Below, one piece after another: positions 19,245 through 28,390 of a stretch of DNA of 32,000 nucleotides. The notes under the pieces are model-generated. The model saw nothing but the letters and a program-made list of their open reading frames with translations, was not told the DNA's origin and made no database searches. Numbering within the stretch: position 1 is the first letter of the stretch; the number at the start of each line of letters is the position of its first letter. Origin of the DNA: Chlorobiota bacterium (GTDB taxonomy: Bacteria; Bacteroidota; Chlorobiia; Chlorobiales; Chlorobiaceae); contig VGGK01000001.1 in NCBI GenBank assembly GCA_016868665.1, positions 106,762 to 138,761 of the forward strand, given 5' to 3'. Both the position numbers and the translations under genes were made by a program.

Positions 19245-20456
19245 ATGGATAATACGACATCGATCACAGAGAAGGCCGCAGATTACGTATTCAGACTGTT
19301 CAGGGAAAAAGAGAACGGCTGCTGCCCATATCACAATTATGCACATACCGCTGAAACCGTTGATACCTGCCGGGAAATAGCTGAAGGTATGAACGCGACG
19401 GCGTCAGAAACAGAGATTCTCATGCTCGCTGCCTGGTTTCACGATACCGGCTGTCTTTTCGGTATCCGGGATCATGAGCAGAAAAGCACTGAAATCGCAA
19501 AAGATTTTCTCAGGGAAAACGGTTATCCGGAAGAAGATACCGAACAGGTATGCCGCTGCATCCTTGCAACGAAACTGCCGCAACAACCGCGTTCAATGCT
19601 TGAAGAGATCATCTGCGATGCCGATCTCTCACATCTCGGAAAACCCGGATACCGCCAGAAAAGCGAGCTTGTAAGGCTTGAACTGGAAAAAAATGATAAC
19701 AGAAGTTTCAGCGATATCGAATGGCTGAAGCTTAACATCGACTTTTTCAACAGGAACCCGTTCCGAACGAAATATGCAAGCCTTGCTTTCAATACCGATC
19801 GAAAAAAAAATCTTGTTGATCTGCACCAGCGGCTGAGAAAAAAAAACAGCGCGGAAGAAGATGATGCGGGGAGGAATCGGGAATCGGAGGAAAAGCAAAA
19901 GAAAAAAACAAAAGGCAAGGACGTGCCGGAAAGAGGCCTCGAACGCAACATGGAGGTCTACTACCGAACCTCGTCAAGAAACCACGTCGATTTCAGCGCC
20001 ATTGTCGATCATAAAGCAAATATCATGATCCAGACAAATTCGCTCATTTTTTCGATCATCATATCACTTCTGGTCAGAAAACTCGACGAATTTCCTGAAC
20101 TGGTGGCGCCGACTTTTGTGCTGCTGCTCAGTTGCGTAGCAACAATCATCACATCAGTGCTGGCAACAAGGCCGAAAGTGACGAGGTCAAATACCACCCT
20201 GGAAAGCATCAGGGAAAGAAAAGCAAACCTTCTCTTTTTCGGGTCATTCATCAACCTCCGCCTTGATGAATTCGAATGGGGCATGAAAGAGATGCTGAAT
20301 GACAAATCGTACTACATCGACAATATGATTCGCGACACCTATTTCCTGGGGAAAGTGCTTGATTACAAATACAGATTCCTCCGTCTGTCCTACGATATTT
20401 TCATGATCGGACTGGTTGTATCGATCGGCCTTTACGCCTTTGCGTTCATGAAGTGA
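19245..20456 (+). CDS. HD-domain phosphohydrolase fused to C-terminal TM domain resembling the Pycsar effector family (DUF5706/PycTM-like); ORF open from 19209, likely start MDNTTS at 19245
   Basis: HD motifs H(NYAHT)...AAWFHDTGC...ICDADLSH; C-terminal HVDFSAIVDHKANIMIQTNSLIFSIIISLL plus further TM segments; Lys-rich linker between. Confidence 0.82.
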   Translation: MDNTTSITEKAADYVFRLFREKENGCCPYHNYAHTAETVDTCREIAEGMNATASETEILMLAAWFHDTGCLFGIRDHEQKSTEIAKDFLRENGYPEEDTEQVCRCILATKLPQQPRSMLEEIICDADLSHLGKPGYRQKSELVRLELEKNDNRSFSDIEWLKLNIDFFNRNPFRTKYASLAFNTDRKKNLVDLHQRLRKKNSAEEDDAGRNRESEEKQKKKTKGKDVPERGLERNMEVYYRTSSRNHVDFSAIVDHKANIMIQTNSLIFSIIISLLVRKLDEFPELVAPTFVLLLSCVATIITSVLATRPKVTRSNTTLESIRERKANLLFFGSFINLRLDEFEWGMKEMLNDKSYYIDNMIRDTYFLGKVLDYKYRFLRLSYDIFMIGLVVSIGLYAFAFMK

Positions 20457-21570
20457 GAGCCGCTCTGTCTTCCGGCATAAACGCATCGATACGGTAGAGA
20501 CAGATATCCTGCAGTCGGCCTTTAAGCTTCAGACAACCAATGAACTCAGTATTGAGCTCATTGAGGTTCTTAATGGGAAAAAGGAGGAACAGCTCTTCGG
20601 AAACAAGAAGGCTCGCATGATGAGCCACACACTCGGCCTGGATTCTTGACGCGGTATTGACGGTATCCCCATGAAAAACCACCTCTTTTTTCAGATCGCC
20701 TACCTCCCCGGCAATCACTTTTCCGGCATGCATGCCGGCTTTGAACTTCGGCTTGTAATGATAAGCGCTCATGTACTTGTCGGAAAGCTCCTCCATCTTG
20801 CTCTGGATATCGAAGAAACACCGCACACAATTTATTTTTTTCGCGCCCTGCCTTATATCCCAGGTCACAACGACAGCATCTCCGACATATTGATAGACCT
20901 CCCCGGAATACCGTGAAATAATATCCGAAATATCGTTAAACACGTCGTACAGCAGATCGTGGTAGCGTGCATGGCCGATTTTTTCGGCAACCGCCGTCGA
21001 TCCGTACAGGTCCATGAACATGAACACCCGCTCTTCCTCATGAGGAATACGATAACGGTCCGTCACCGTATCGAGAATTTTTTTTTCACCTACACGACTG
21101 ACAATCAGATGAAATGTCCGGATGGGAAACGAAACAAAAAAGAGAAAAAGCAGCAGGGGAATACTTTCGATATGCATGAAAAGATAAAGGGATGCTTCAG
21201 GATCGCCGTATCCTGGAACTGAAACAGCGATAACCGTATGCTCTACAGCTGTAAAGATAAAAAGACCGGTCATTGCAGCAAGCACATAAAGCGCCGTACC
21301 CGTCAGCAACGACCGGAAAAAGCCGAGGTTTTTCGTCAGTCCTGTAACAATATAAAGGTTGGCTGCGGCAACAGTCAGACCGGCAGCCAGGGCAAGTGAA
21401 AAAAAATGAAAAACAGAGTGCGCATCCTGAGAAAAGGGGTAAACAGACATCGTTTTTCCTGCAACTGTCATCAGGAGAAAATAAGCGATGAACGCCATCA
21501 GATATTCGGCTGTGATCCAGAATGCGGTTACTGTTTTCTGTATGGTCTTGTTTTCAAACTTCATCGACAT
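20446..21570 (-). CDS. Membrane-anchored class III nucleotide (adenylate/guanylate-type) cyclase; ORF is open to 21618, likely start MSMKFENK at 21570
   Basis: About 4 N-terminal TM segments, then FMFMDLYGSTAVAEKIGHARYHDLL, VYQYVGDAVVVTWD, FKAGMHAGKVIAGEVG, VVFHGDTVNTASRIQ. Confidence 0.92.
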   Translation of the reverse strand: MSMKFENKTIQKTVTAFWITAEYLMAFIAYFLLMTVAGKTMSVYPFSQDAHSVFHFFSLALAAGLTVAAANLYIVTGLTKNLGFFRSLLTGTALYVLAAMTGLFIFTAVEHTVIAVSVPGYGDPEASLYLFMHIESIPLLLFLFFVSFPIRTFHLIVSRVGEKKILDTVTDRYRIPHEEERVFMFMDLYGSTAVAEKIGHARYHDLLYDVFNDISDIISRYSGEVYQYVGDAVVVTWDIRQGAKKINCVRCFFDIQSKMEELSDKYMSAYHYKPKFKAGMHAGKVIAGEVGDLKKEVVFHGDTVNTASRIQAECVAHHASLLVSEELFLLFPIKNLNELNTEFIGCLKLKGRLQDICLYRIDAFMPEDRAALTS

Positions 21571-21625
21571 AATGTATTCAACTCGAAAAACGGCAATCCT
21601 TTTTTGCAATATCTGCAATAAAAAA

Positions 21626-21660
21626 GAAAAGAAAAACCCGGATCGCTCCGGGTTTTTTCC
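21626..21660 (-). terminator. Rho-independent terminator (possibly bidirectional) downstream of the outer-membrane gene
   Basis: AACCCGG (21635-21641) / CCGGGTT (21648-21654), flanked by A-rich and T-rich tracts. Confidence 0.82.
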
Positions 21661-21804
21661 CCATCAAGCACTTCCTGCCCATATCGACAATACATGTTTC
21701 TTTGATCTCACAGGTTTTAATACTGCTGCAATCATGAACAAAACAGCTGGTATTGTTCTGATGCGAGGAGTAACAACCAACAGAAAAAGAGATTCGTACA
21801 ACGG

Positions 21805-24558
21805 CTAAAAGCTGAAACCCGTCCTGAAATAAATCCCGTAATCATCCATCAGGCGTCCATCGTCAAAGCCTCTGGCGTAGACGATACTTGCACTGTATCT
21901 CGATTCGATAAATCCGAACCACATACCGCTGCCAGCAGAGGTATGCCATGCAGAGGAGTCTTCTCCATCGAGAAAAACCCTGCCGGTTTCCAGGAATGCA
22001 ATCGGCCCGTAGATGACAGGAACGAGAAACTTGAAGGAACCCAGATAGAGACGCAGTTCAGAACCTGCATAGAGCGATGCGTCGCCGGAAAAACGCTGCC
22101 TGTCGTAGCCTCGGAGCGAAGTCGATCCTCCGAGATAAGCCGCTTCCCAGAAAGGATAGTCGCCCCAAAGTTTTTCTCCTCCGATCCGCAGCACCAGACG
22201 GGAATATCCGGGTGTCGAGAAGGGGATATAAGTACGCACTTCTCCACGCAATCTCGTAAACGTTTCGTCATTACCGAAAAATTCCGGATAGTGGCTCGCT
22301 TCCAGATCCACAAGCATGCCGCTTGTAGCTGAAGTGGTACCTCCCCCTTCGCTTCCGGCAAGCCGTCCGGCCTGCTTGCGGGGAGAAAGCTCCACATAAT
22401 CGCCGCTCTGGCGGGAATCGTAGTGAAACCCTATATGGAAACTGCCGGAAAAATCAGTGTCGATACCAGGAATGTCTGCACGATTGAGATCGATGAACGA
22501 ACCCGGTTCGATATCAAGATCAACCCATTTTGCTCCGAATCCGGCGCTCCAGCGGTACTGTCTGTCCATCGGGTAACGCAGCGAGACCCTGATGCTCGTC
22601 ATCTGGTTCAATAACTCGAAATCATCCTCCCTCATGCCTGAACCCCTGAAGTAGTTTTCATTGCCCAGACCATAAAAGTTCATCATATCGAGACCCGAGG
22701 TACCGGCTTCCAGAAGAAGACTCGCATTACGGAACAGTGTCCTGAAATCTCCCCGGTAGTACAACTGGTAACGAAAATCGTCGCCTGCTGCCACCCCTCC
22801 GTTAAGCCGCATGTTGTAACGATAGGGTTCCGACCTGAAGCCATAATCCTCTACCGAAAATCCCCAACCGAGATACGGCCCGTAATCCGGCGAGTAATTA
22901 AGATCGACGCCGGTAATGTTGGCAACGACTTCCTGTCCCGAATCCCTTGGTCTGAGATCGTATTTATCCTTGTCTTCCTTGGGTTCCGGCTTGGCCTGAT
23001 GCCGGTCAACAACCGTATAGCGGGTACCGGAAAATTCCGACCGGTCGCCATGATCATAAAAAAAAGTCATCTTTTCGGCCGTCCATGGGTATCCGGCAGC
23101 AGGTTTTTCTGTACGGTCTTCGAACCTGTCCGCACCCTCACCTCCGATAACCCTTACCTTGAGGCTGTTTTTAACCACCGGCCCATCAACAAGTACAGCA
23201 TCATCGCCGTCTCCGAGATAGAGGCGAACTTCCCGGGTTTCACGGGGATCGAACACCCTCCGGTAAACGGACTGCCCTGAAACCTCCCCGGGCAAATCGG
23301 CTTTACGGAACACGGAAACCTCTACCTGGCCATCCTGAAGACGATGAACTCTGGCAAATTCGGGTTTATCGCTGGCGAATACATCCACATCCTCTGCGTA
23401 GAGCAGATAGAGTTCCTCAGACGCTTTGCTCAGGAGATCCCGTCTGGATCGCAAATCCCGTTCGAGAAGCTCTCCTTCCTTTGCATACATTGCCGGCGGC
23501 ATCCTGCCGACAGCGCGCCCGATGACCTCATCGGTCAGCTTCATCTGCAGTTCTGCAGTCACGGCATTCCATTCATCCCTGCCGATTCCCGAAAGCAGCC
23601 TCCGGTCAAGCGGCCTGCCGGACCAGCTCAGATATCTGATGTCCGCATACTTCCCGCCGAAACCCTCGATCTGGGGAATGATCTGGGTAATGATCCACGA
23701 AAAGATTCCATCCTGTCGCGAAAACGCATTATCCCTGTCGCGTGGAACAGGAACCCATACAGTAGCCCCTTCTTTTTTATAACCGGCCCATCGCCACTGA
23801 TCGGAGTGACGATCCCAGTCTCCAATGAAAAGGTCGATCAGCCTGGCGCGAAGAAAGGCCCTTGCATCGATCCTGTTTGCACTGTCATCTTCAAGGTTGT
23901 CGAAAACCTTGTAGGTTCCGGATACTCTATCGGCCGCCTTGAAGCCGGCTCCGGGTACAGAGCTCTGTTCGGGATGTTCCTCGATAGTTCCGACCAGACC
24001 GGCAAATTCATCGTAAAACTGCCCAAGAAAAGCCTTGTCGTAAGGCATCACGACAATTTTCGGAGCGACATTGCAGACTCCCGCAGCATCCAGGAGAGGA
24101 GGAATAATCTGACCTGAAACCGGATTCGATGTGCTTACCTGATCCTGTACGACATCGGACACCACGGTATTTCGCAGTTTGGGAGGCATTCCCCTCGCCG
24201 GGTCCTTGTCGAGCGTTCTGAAACGGTACTCCTTGCCGTCCGAACCCCTGAAACGAAGACTGACAGTCTGAAAACCGCCACCTTTTTCCAGCGGAGTCAA
24301 CCCGCCGGCAAAGGTTCCGGGATCGAGAACAGGAACTTCGACCGGTGTTGTCCAGAGCGATCTCCAGTGTTCGCCGAAAATAAGGGTATGCAGGGCACCG
24401 GCCTTATAATCCGCCCCGGGCACAACAGTGACGAGGCTGCGACCGGCAACACTTTCAAACGGTATTTTTGCCGGCTGAGCCTCAACGATGGCCGGATGCA
24501 GGATCGATGGGCAAGAAATGACAAACGCACAGGCAATACCTCTCAGAAATAAATTCAT
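21805..24558 (-). CDS. Outer membrane Omp85/BamA-like beta-barrel protein with large N-terminal kinase-like region; ORF is open to 24654, likely start MNLFLRG at 24558
   Basis: C-terminal barrel pattern (YLGGSTSLRGYDRQRFSGDASLYAGSELRLYLG...FLETGRVF) ending in GIYFRTGFSF; N-terminal LIDLFIGDWDRHSDQWRW...WVPVPRDRDNAF. Confidence 0.85.
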   Translation of the reverse strand: MNLFLRGIACAFVISCPSILHPAIVEAQPAKIPFESVAGRSLVTVVPGADYKAGALHTLIFGEHWRSLWTTPVEVPVLDPGTFAGGLTPLEKGGGFQTVSLRFRGSDGKEYRFRTLDKDPARGMPPKLRNTVVSDVVQDQVSTSNPVSGQIIPPLLDAAGVCNVAPKIVVMPYDKAFLGQFYDEFAGLVGTIEEHPEQSSVPGAGFKAADRVSGTYKVFDNLEDDSANRIDARAFLRARLIDLFIGDWDRHSDQWRWAGYKKEGATVWVPVPRDRDNAFSRQDGIFSWIITQIIPQIEGFGGKYADIRYLSWSGRPLDRRLLSGIGRDEWNAVTAELQMKLTDEVIGRAVGRMPPAMYAKEGELLERDLRSRRDLLSKASEELYLLYAEDVDVFASDKPEFARVHRLQDGQVEVSVFRKADLPGEVSGQSVYRRVFDPRETREVRLYLGDGDDAVLVDGPVVKNSLKVRVIGGEGADRFEDRTEKPAAGYPWTAEKMTFFYDHGDRSEFSGTRYTVVDRHQAKPEPKEDKDKYDLRPRDSGQEVVANITGVDLNYSPDYGPYLGWGFSVEDYGFRSEPYRYNMRLNGGVAAGDDFRYQLYYRGDFRTLFRNASLLLEAGTSGLDMMNFYGLGNENYFRGSGMREDDFELLNQMTSIRVSLRYPMDRQYRWSAGFGAKWVDLDIEPGSFIDLNRADIPGIDTDFSGSFHIGFHYDSRQSGDYVELSPRKQAGRLAGSEGGGTTSATSGMLVDLEASHYPEFFGNDETFTRLRGEVRTYIPFSTPGYSRLVLRIGGEKLWGDYPFWEAAYLGGSTSLRGYDRQRFSGDASLYAGSELRLYLGSFKFLVPVIYGPIAFLETGRVFLDGEDSSAWHTSAGSGMWFGFIESRYSASIVYARGFDDGRLMDDYGIYFRTGFSF

Positions 24559-24749
24559 GGCAGGATCTCGTTGAAATGAAACATCCGATAGACGACAAAG
24601 AGAAAAACAGGAAAACAACGGAACCGGATGACTATCAGAAAAGAAGATAGCCAATCATGGAACAAGAGCAATAAACCCGGAAAGAATACAACAGTAAAGC
24701 AATAATGAAACGTTCTTTATTACACGTACACAATAGAATTGGTTACCAT

Positions 24750-25640
24750 TCATTCTCGGAACCTGTAGACGGCAGCTCTTCCTCGCAGCATATCTTCGCT
24801 GCTTATCAGCAGAGAGTTGTCAGGCAATACAGCTACACCTTCCGGTTGCGGGTGATATACCGAAGGGAGGCTCTGCAGATCTATCAGGGAACCGGTACGG
24901 TAATCGATTTCTGCAATAAGCCTTGAACCCGACGAAACAATGATAAAATTGCCCGAAAGAGGGTGTCTGGTTATCCCCGAAGGCCTGAAGCCTTTTTTTC
25001 CTGCAGATTCGGCAACATGCCGGGCATCGATAAAAAAACGGGCTTGCCGGCTGAGTTTGTTTGCAGTGAGAGAAAACGAATAAACAGGGCGAGATGCCGA
25101 TTGGTCGAAGGGTTTCTTGCCTGCGCTCCCTTTGCATGCGAGCAGAAGCGAAGCAGTCGAAGGGTCATGACACAACCCTTCAACTTCATACGAAGAACCA
25201 ATCCCTGTCTTATAGACAATGGCCTGCACCGATTCATTATCCCTCCCCTCGCGGAACTCATAGAGTTTCCCTGAACTGGTAACCAGAAAAAAACGGTCCC
25301 CGGCTATGGCGATATCTTCGAAATCGTCTTCAACTCTTCCATTTCCAAACCAGCGTCTGGTTACCACATGAAATCGCTTGATGACCGTTCCGTTCGAAGG
25401 ATCCAGTTGATAAATCGTCGAAACCTCGTCATCATGCGCAAACAGTTTTCCAGTCCGGGAAACCGCGACACCGGATATTTCTCGAAGAGACGTCGGCAGG
25501 ACAAGCTGACGGAATGGCTTGCCCGCAAGATCGTAGCGGTGCAACAGACCGGGAGCATCGGATAAAACAGGATTAACCGGGCAAAGAATGAAAACGGCGA
25601 TTGCGAACAGTGTCGAAAACCGATGAAGCGTTCTTTTCAT
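24750..25640 (-). CDS. SdiA-regulated-like / esterase-like beta-propeller protein, exported; ORF is open to 25688, likely start MKRTLHRF at 25640
   Basis: Signal-like N-terminus; LREISGVAVS...FAHDDEVSTIYQLDPSNG...DFEDIAIAGDRFFLVTSSGKLYEF...EVEGLCHD...PSGITRHPLSGNFIIVS...PQPEGVAV. Confidence 0.72.
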   Translation of the reverse strand: MKRTLHRFSTLFAIAVFILCPVNPVLSDAPGLLHRYDLAGKPFRQLVLPTSLREISGVAVSRTGKLFAHDDEVSTIYQLDPSNGTVIKRFHVVTRRWFGNGRVEDDFEDIAIAGDRFFLVTSSGKLYEFREGRDNESVQAIVYKTGIGSSYEVEGLCHDPSTASLLLACKGSAGKKPFDQSASRPVYSFSLTANKLSRQARFFIDARHVAESAGKKGFRPSGITRHPLSGNFIIVSSGSRLIAEIDYRTGSLIDLQSLPSVYHPQPEGVAVLPDNSLLISSEDMLRGRAAVYRFRE

Positions 25641-25684
25641 AATAAAACATCTATCCGGACAAAAAAACTGACATGGAGATCTCG

Positions 25685-26758
25685 TCATGCGAGCAGATGA
25701 ATACGGGAAAACACGTAATCGAGATGGTCCTCATTAAGTACGATACGATAATACCCTGAATTCCCGAGTTCCTGGGGACGGTTATCCCGATCGCTGCTGA
25801 ATTTTCGGCTCTGCTTGCCATTGAACCAGTATACCAGACGGATGATGTTTCCTTCGATTTCAAGAGCGGTGATGCCCCGTTTGCCGATAGCACAGCCTGA
25901 ATTGAAAACACTCGGGATGGTCAGCGTATTGTAAAGACCGCTTCGCAACCCTATTTTTTTGCCCTGCTTGTAACAGGAATCCAGTTCTTCTTTTAGTGAG
26001 TCTATTTTTTCCCTGATAGAAATTCTTTCTTCTGTTTTCGCAGACGGATAAGCCCGGCATAGTTCCTCGATGCGATAGTTCAGATAATCGACTTTCGAGA
26101 GTGATTCAAAAAGCGGCCGGTGGGTGTGGCCGATAACCGATACGATCTTTGCGTTATTGGAAAAGTCGTAAATGGATTTCTCTATAGCAAACCTTCTGCG
26201 GCTGTTATAGGCAATTGAAAAATTCCGGATACCTGCCGGCTTTGCGATATAACGAAGAAAAAACACAACTGAACGACTGACGAGTGGATAGGTTTCCCAG
26301 AGCAGGACCGACGCCTGATGGCCATGAAAAAGCAGCAGGGTCTCTTTTCCGTAAAAAAACCTGAGCGCTTCGATCATGTAAGGAGCAAGCCTGTAGTCCC
26401 GGTCGTCGAGCAGAGCCGCATCATGGTTGCCGTAGGTTTTATAAAAAAAACCGTTGTGCTCGAACTTAAGAAACAGATCGTAAAACGCATTCCACTCTTC
26501 GGTAATGCTATGGAGGGAAAATTTGAACAACTCCTCGATATCGCCGTTAAGTACCAGGCTGTATTGGCCGGGATAATAAAAATCCGCAAGCATGGTCTTG
26601 ACGAGATCGGCGTTACGACGGAATTCGTCGCGCCGCCCCCCGTTGCCCATATGCAGGTCGCTGAGAATCAGAACTCTTGAGGAGCCGTCGAGAACTACAG
26701 GATGGGCATTGCCAAGAAGGCGTTCAAGGTGAGGATGTTTCTTGTGATGTGGCTGCAT
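25685..26758 (-). CDS. Metallophosphoesterase
   Basis: VLILSDLHMGNGG, LVLNGDIEE, YGNHDAAL, LFHGHQ, IGHTHRPLF calcineurin-like metal-site motifs. Confidence 0.92.
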   Translation of the reverse strand: MQPHHKKHPHLERLLGNAHPVVLDGSSRVLILSDLHMGNGGRRDEFRRNADLVKTMLADFYYPGQYSLVLNGDIEELFKFSLHSITEEWNAFYDLFLKFEHNGFFYKTYGNHDAALLDDRDYRLAPYMIEALRFFYGKETLLLFHGHQASVLLWETYPLVSRSVVFFLRYIAKPAGIRNFSIAYNSRRRFAIEKSIYDFSNNAKIVSVIGHTHRPLFESLSKVDYLNYRIEELCRAYPSAKTEERISIREKIDSLKEELDSCYKQGKKIGLRSGLYNTLTIPSVFNSGCAIGKRGITALEIEGNIIRLVYWFNGKQSRKFSSDRDNRPQELGNSGYYRIVLNEDHLDYVFSRIHLLA

Positions 26759-27075
26759 TGCGTCTGCGTGTACCTCCCTGTTACTCCGAAACCTGCCGAT
26801 AAACCCCTTTGAGTCCGCCTAATCAGTGCGTCTCCGTTCACTCTCAGGGATTTACACTGGGATATAATTAATTTTTTTCTCCCGACAAACTGTCGTGGCA
26901 CACTCGGAAAAGAAACTCACCCCCCCTGCCTGCTCCATACAACCGCAAATCCGGAATAAAACTCTCAACCATGCAATATATAATGGTTTCATCTTCTGTT
27001 TCTGTTAACTTACCGTGAACTGACCAACTCCTTCGATGCCATGCAGTAACGAATACATAAACGAATATACTGCAA

Positions 27076-27828
27076 GTGCCGTTAAACCCGATATTCAGGA
27101 AAAAGGGAGATACCGGTAATTTTGCAGCCCATGGCACTTTTCACCCAACCCTTTTCACCTTGCATCTTTTGGCATCACCCGAACGATTCCGAAAAATCCG
27201 TCAGATGCTGAGGCATCGCCAGACAAGCCTGACTGTTGTCATGGACAACGTCAGCAAATCCCACAATCTTGCCGCAATCATAAGAACCTGCGATGCTGCC
27301 GGCATCCATGAAATACATGCCATATCATACCGTAAACACATCTTTTCACGACATAATGCGGCAGCGGGATCCAGCAAATGGGTCCATATCAATCTCCACC
27401 ATACCATAGAAGAAGCCTACAGGCAATTACGGAGCGAAGACAAACAGATTCTTGCCGCAGCTTCCGGAGAACAGAGCGTTGATTTCAGGGAGATCGACTA
27501 TACCCGACCAACAGCCCTTGTGCTTGGCGCAGAATGGGACGGCATTTCGCAGGAAGCGGTACTCGGAGCAGATCGATGCATCAGAGTGCCAATGTTCGGC
27601 ATGGTTGAATCGCTGAATGTTTCGGTAGCCGGAGCCGTAATCATCTTCGAAGCTCAGCGGCAACGACTGCTGCAGGGCATGTACGATAAGCCCTCGTTGA
27701 ATGAAAAGGATTTGAACGGCCTGCTCTTCGGGTATACCTACCCTCGACTTGCAGATCAGCTCAGGGAAAAAGGAGCCGCCTATCCGCGTCTTGATGACGA
27801 AGGCTTTATCGTTTCTCCCGATACGTAA
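27076..27828 (+). CDS. trmH: TrmH/SpoU family RNA 2'-O-methyltransferase (start uncertain, GTG at 27076 in the ORF track)
   Basis: TVVMDNVSKSHNLAAIIRTCDAAGI, ALVLGAEWDGIS, VPMFGMVESLNVSVAGAVIIFEAQRQR. Confidence 0.9.
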   Translation: MPLNPIFRKKGDTGNFAAHGTFHPTLFTLHLLASPERFRKIRQMLRHRQTSLTVVMDNVSKSHNLAAIIRTCDAAGIHEIHAISYRKHIFSRHNAAAGSSKWVHINLHHTIEEAYRQLRSEDKQILAAASGEQSVDFREIDYTRPTALVLGAEWDGISQEAVLGADRCIRVPMFGMVESLNVSVAGAVIIFEAQRQRLLQGMYDKPSLNEKDLNGLLFGYTYPRLADQLREKGAAYPRLDDEGFIVSPDT

Positions 27829-28202
27829 CAGCTCCAGCATCCCGAGCGCCTCTGGTCGCCAAGATGGCTGTGCAGCGCATGAAGCAACTGATCGATCTCC
27901 GAAAGAAGATGTCTGTGTTCGAATGCAAGGGCTATAAGAAAAAGCGGAAAGGAAATATGGTCCCGACGCAGTTTTCGCAGCACATTGCCCATAGCCCGAA
28001 CCATCACCGGGAAAAAACGATGCTCGACCTCTTCCGGCAGGAGCCGCTCCTCAGGAGACGATATGTTGCGATAGTGGCAGGAGAAAAGAAAATCCTCACT
28101 GTCTGTCCACTCGATTTCGATTCTGAACGGTTTTATCTCATCCATAAGTTCTCGCCTGTTTCCGATAGAATAACTGAAGGCCGATAGACTTATGTTAAGC
28201 AA
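27780..28202 (-). CDS. Hypothetical protein (possible CDS)
   Basis: 140 aa ORF in a gap otherwise lacking genes; tail overlaps the end of trmH by 49 nt; no recognised domain. Confidence 0.45.
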   Translation of the reverse strand: MLNISLSAFSYSIGNRRELMDEIKPFRIEIEWTDSEDFLFSCHYRNISSPEERLLPEEVEHRFFPVMVRAMGNVLRKLRRDHISFPLFLIALAFEHRHLLSEIDQLLHALHSHLGDQRRSGCWSCYVSGETIKPSSSRRG

Positions 28203-28390
28203 CAGAACTGGTGCAACCCGTCAGATTTCTGTTACATTTCGGAAAATCCTTCAACTGCCAGAAACCGGAAACAGGCGGCAAATTCGGCAACCCTTGCTCA
28301 TCGCTTCGTTATTGACGAAGAAAGACTTCGATAGTATCTTTCCTTTGTGTTGACAGTAAAGACATTTCAATAACATAACTCCATATCATC

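Noticed and set aside
23344-24117. 257 aa plus-strand ORF
   Set aside because: Antisense to the kinase-like/barrel gene; shadow ORF
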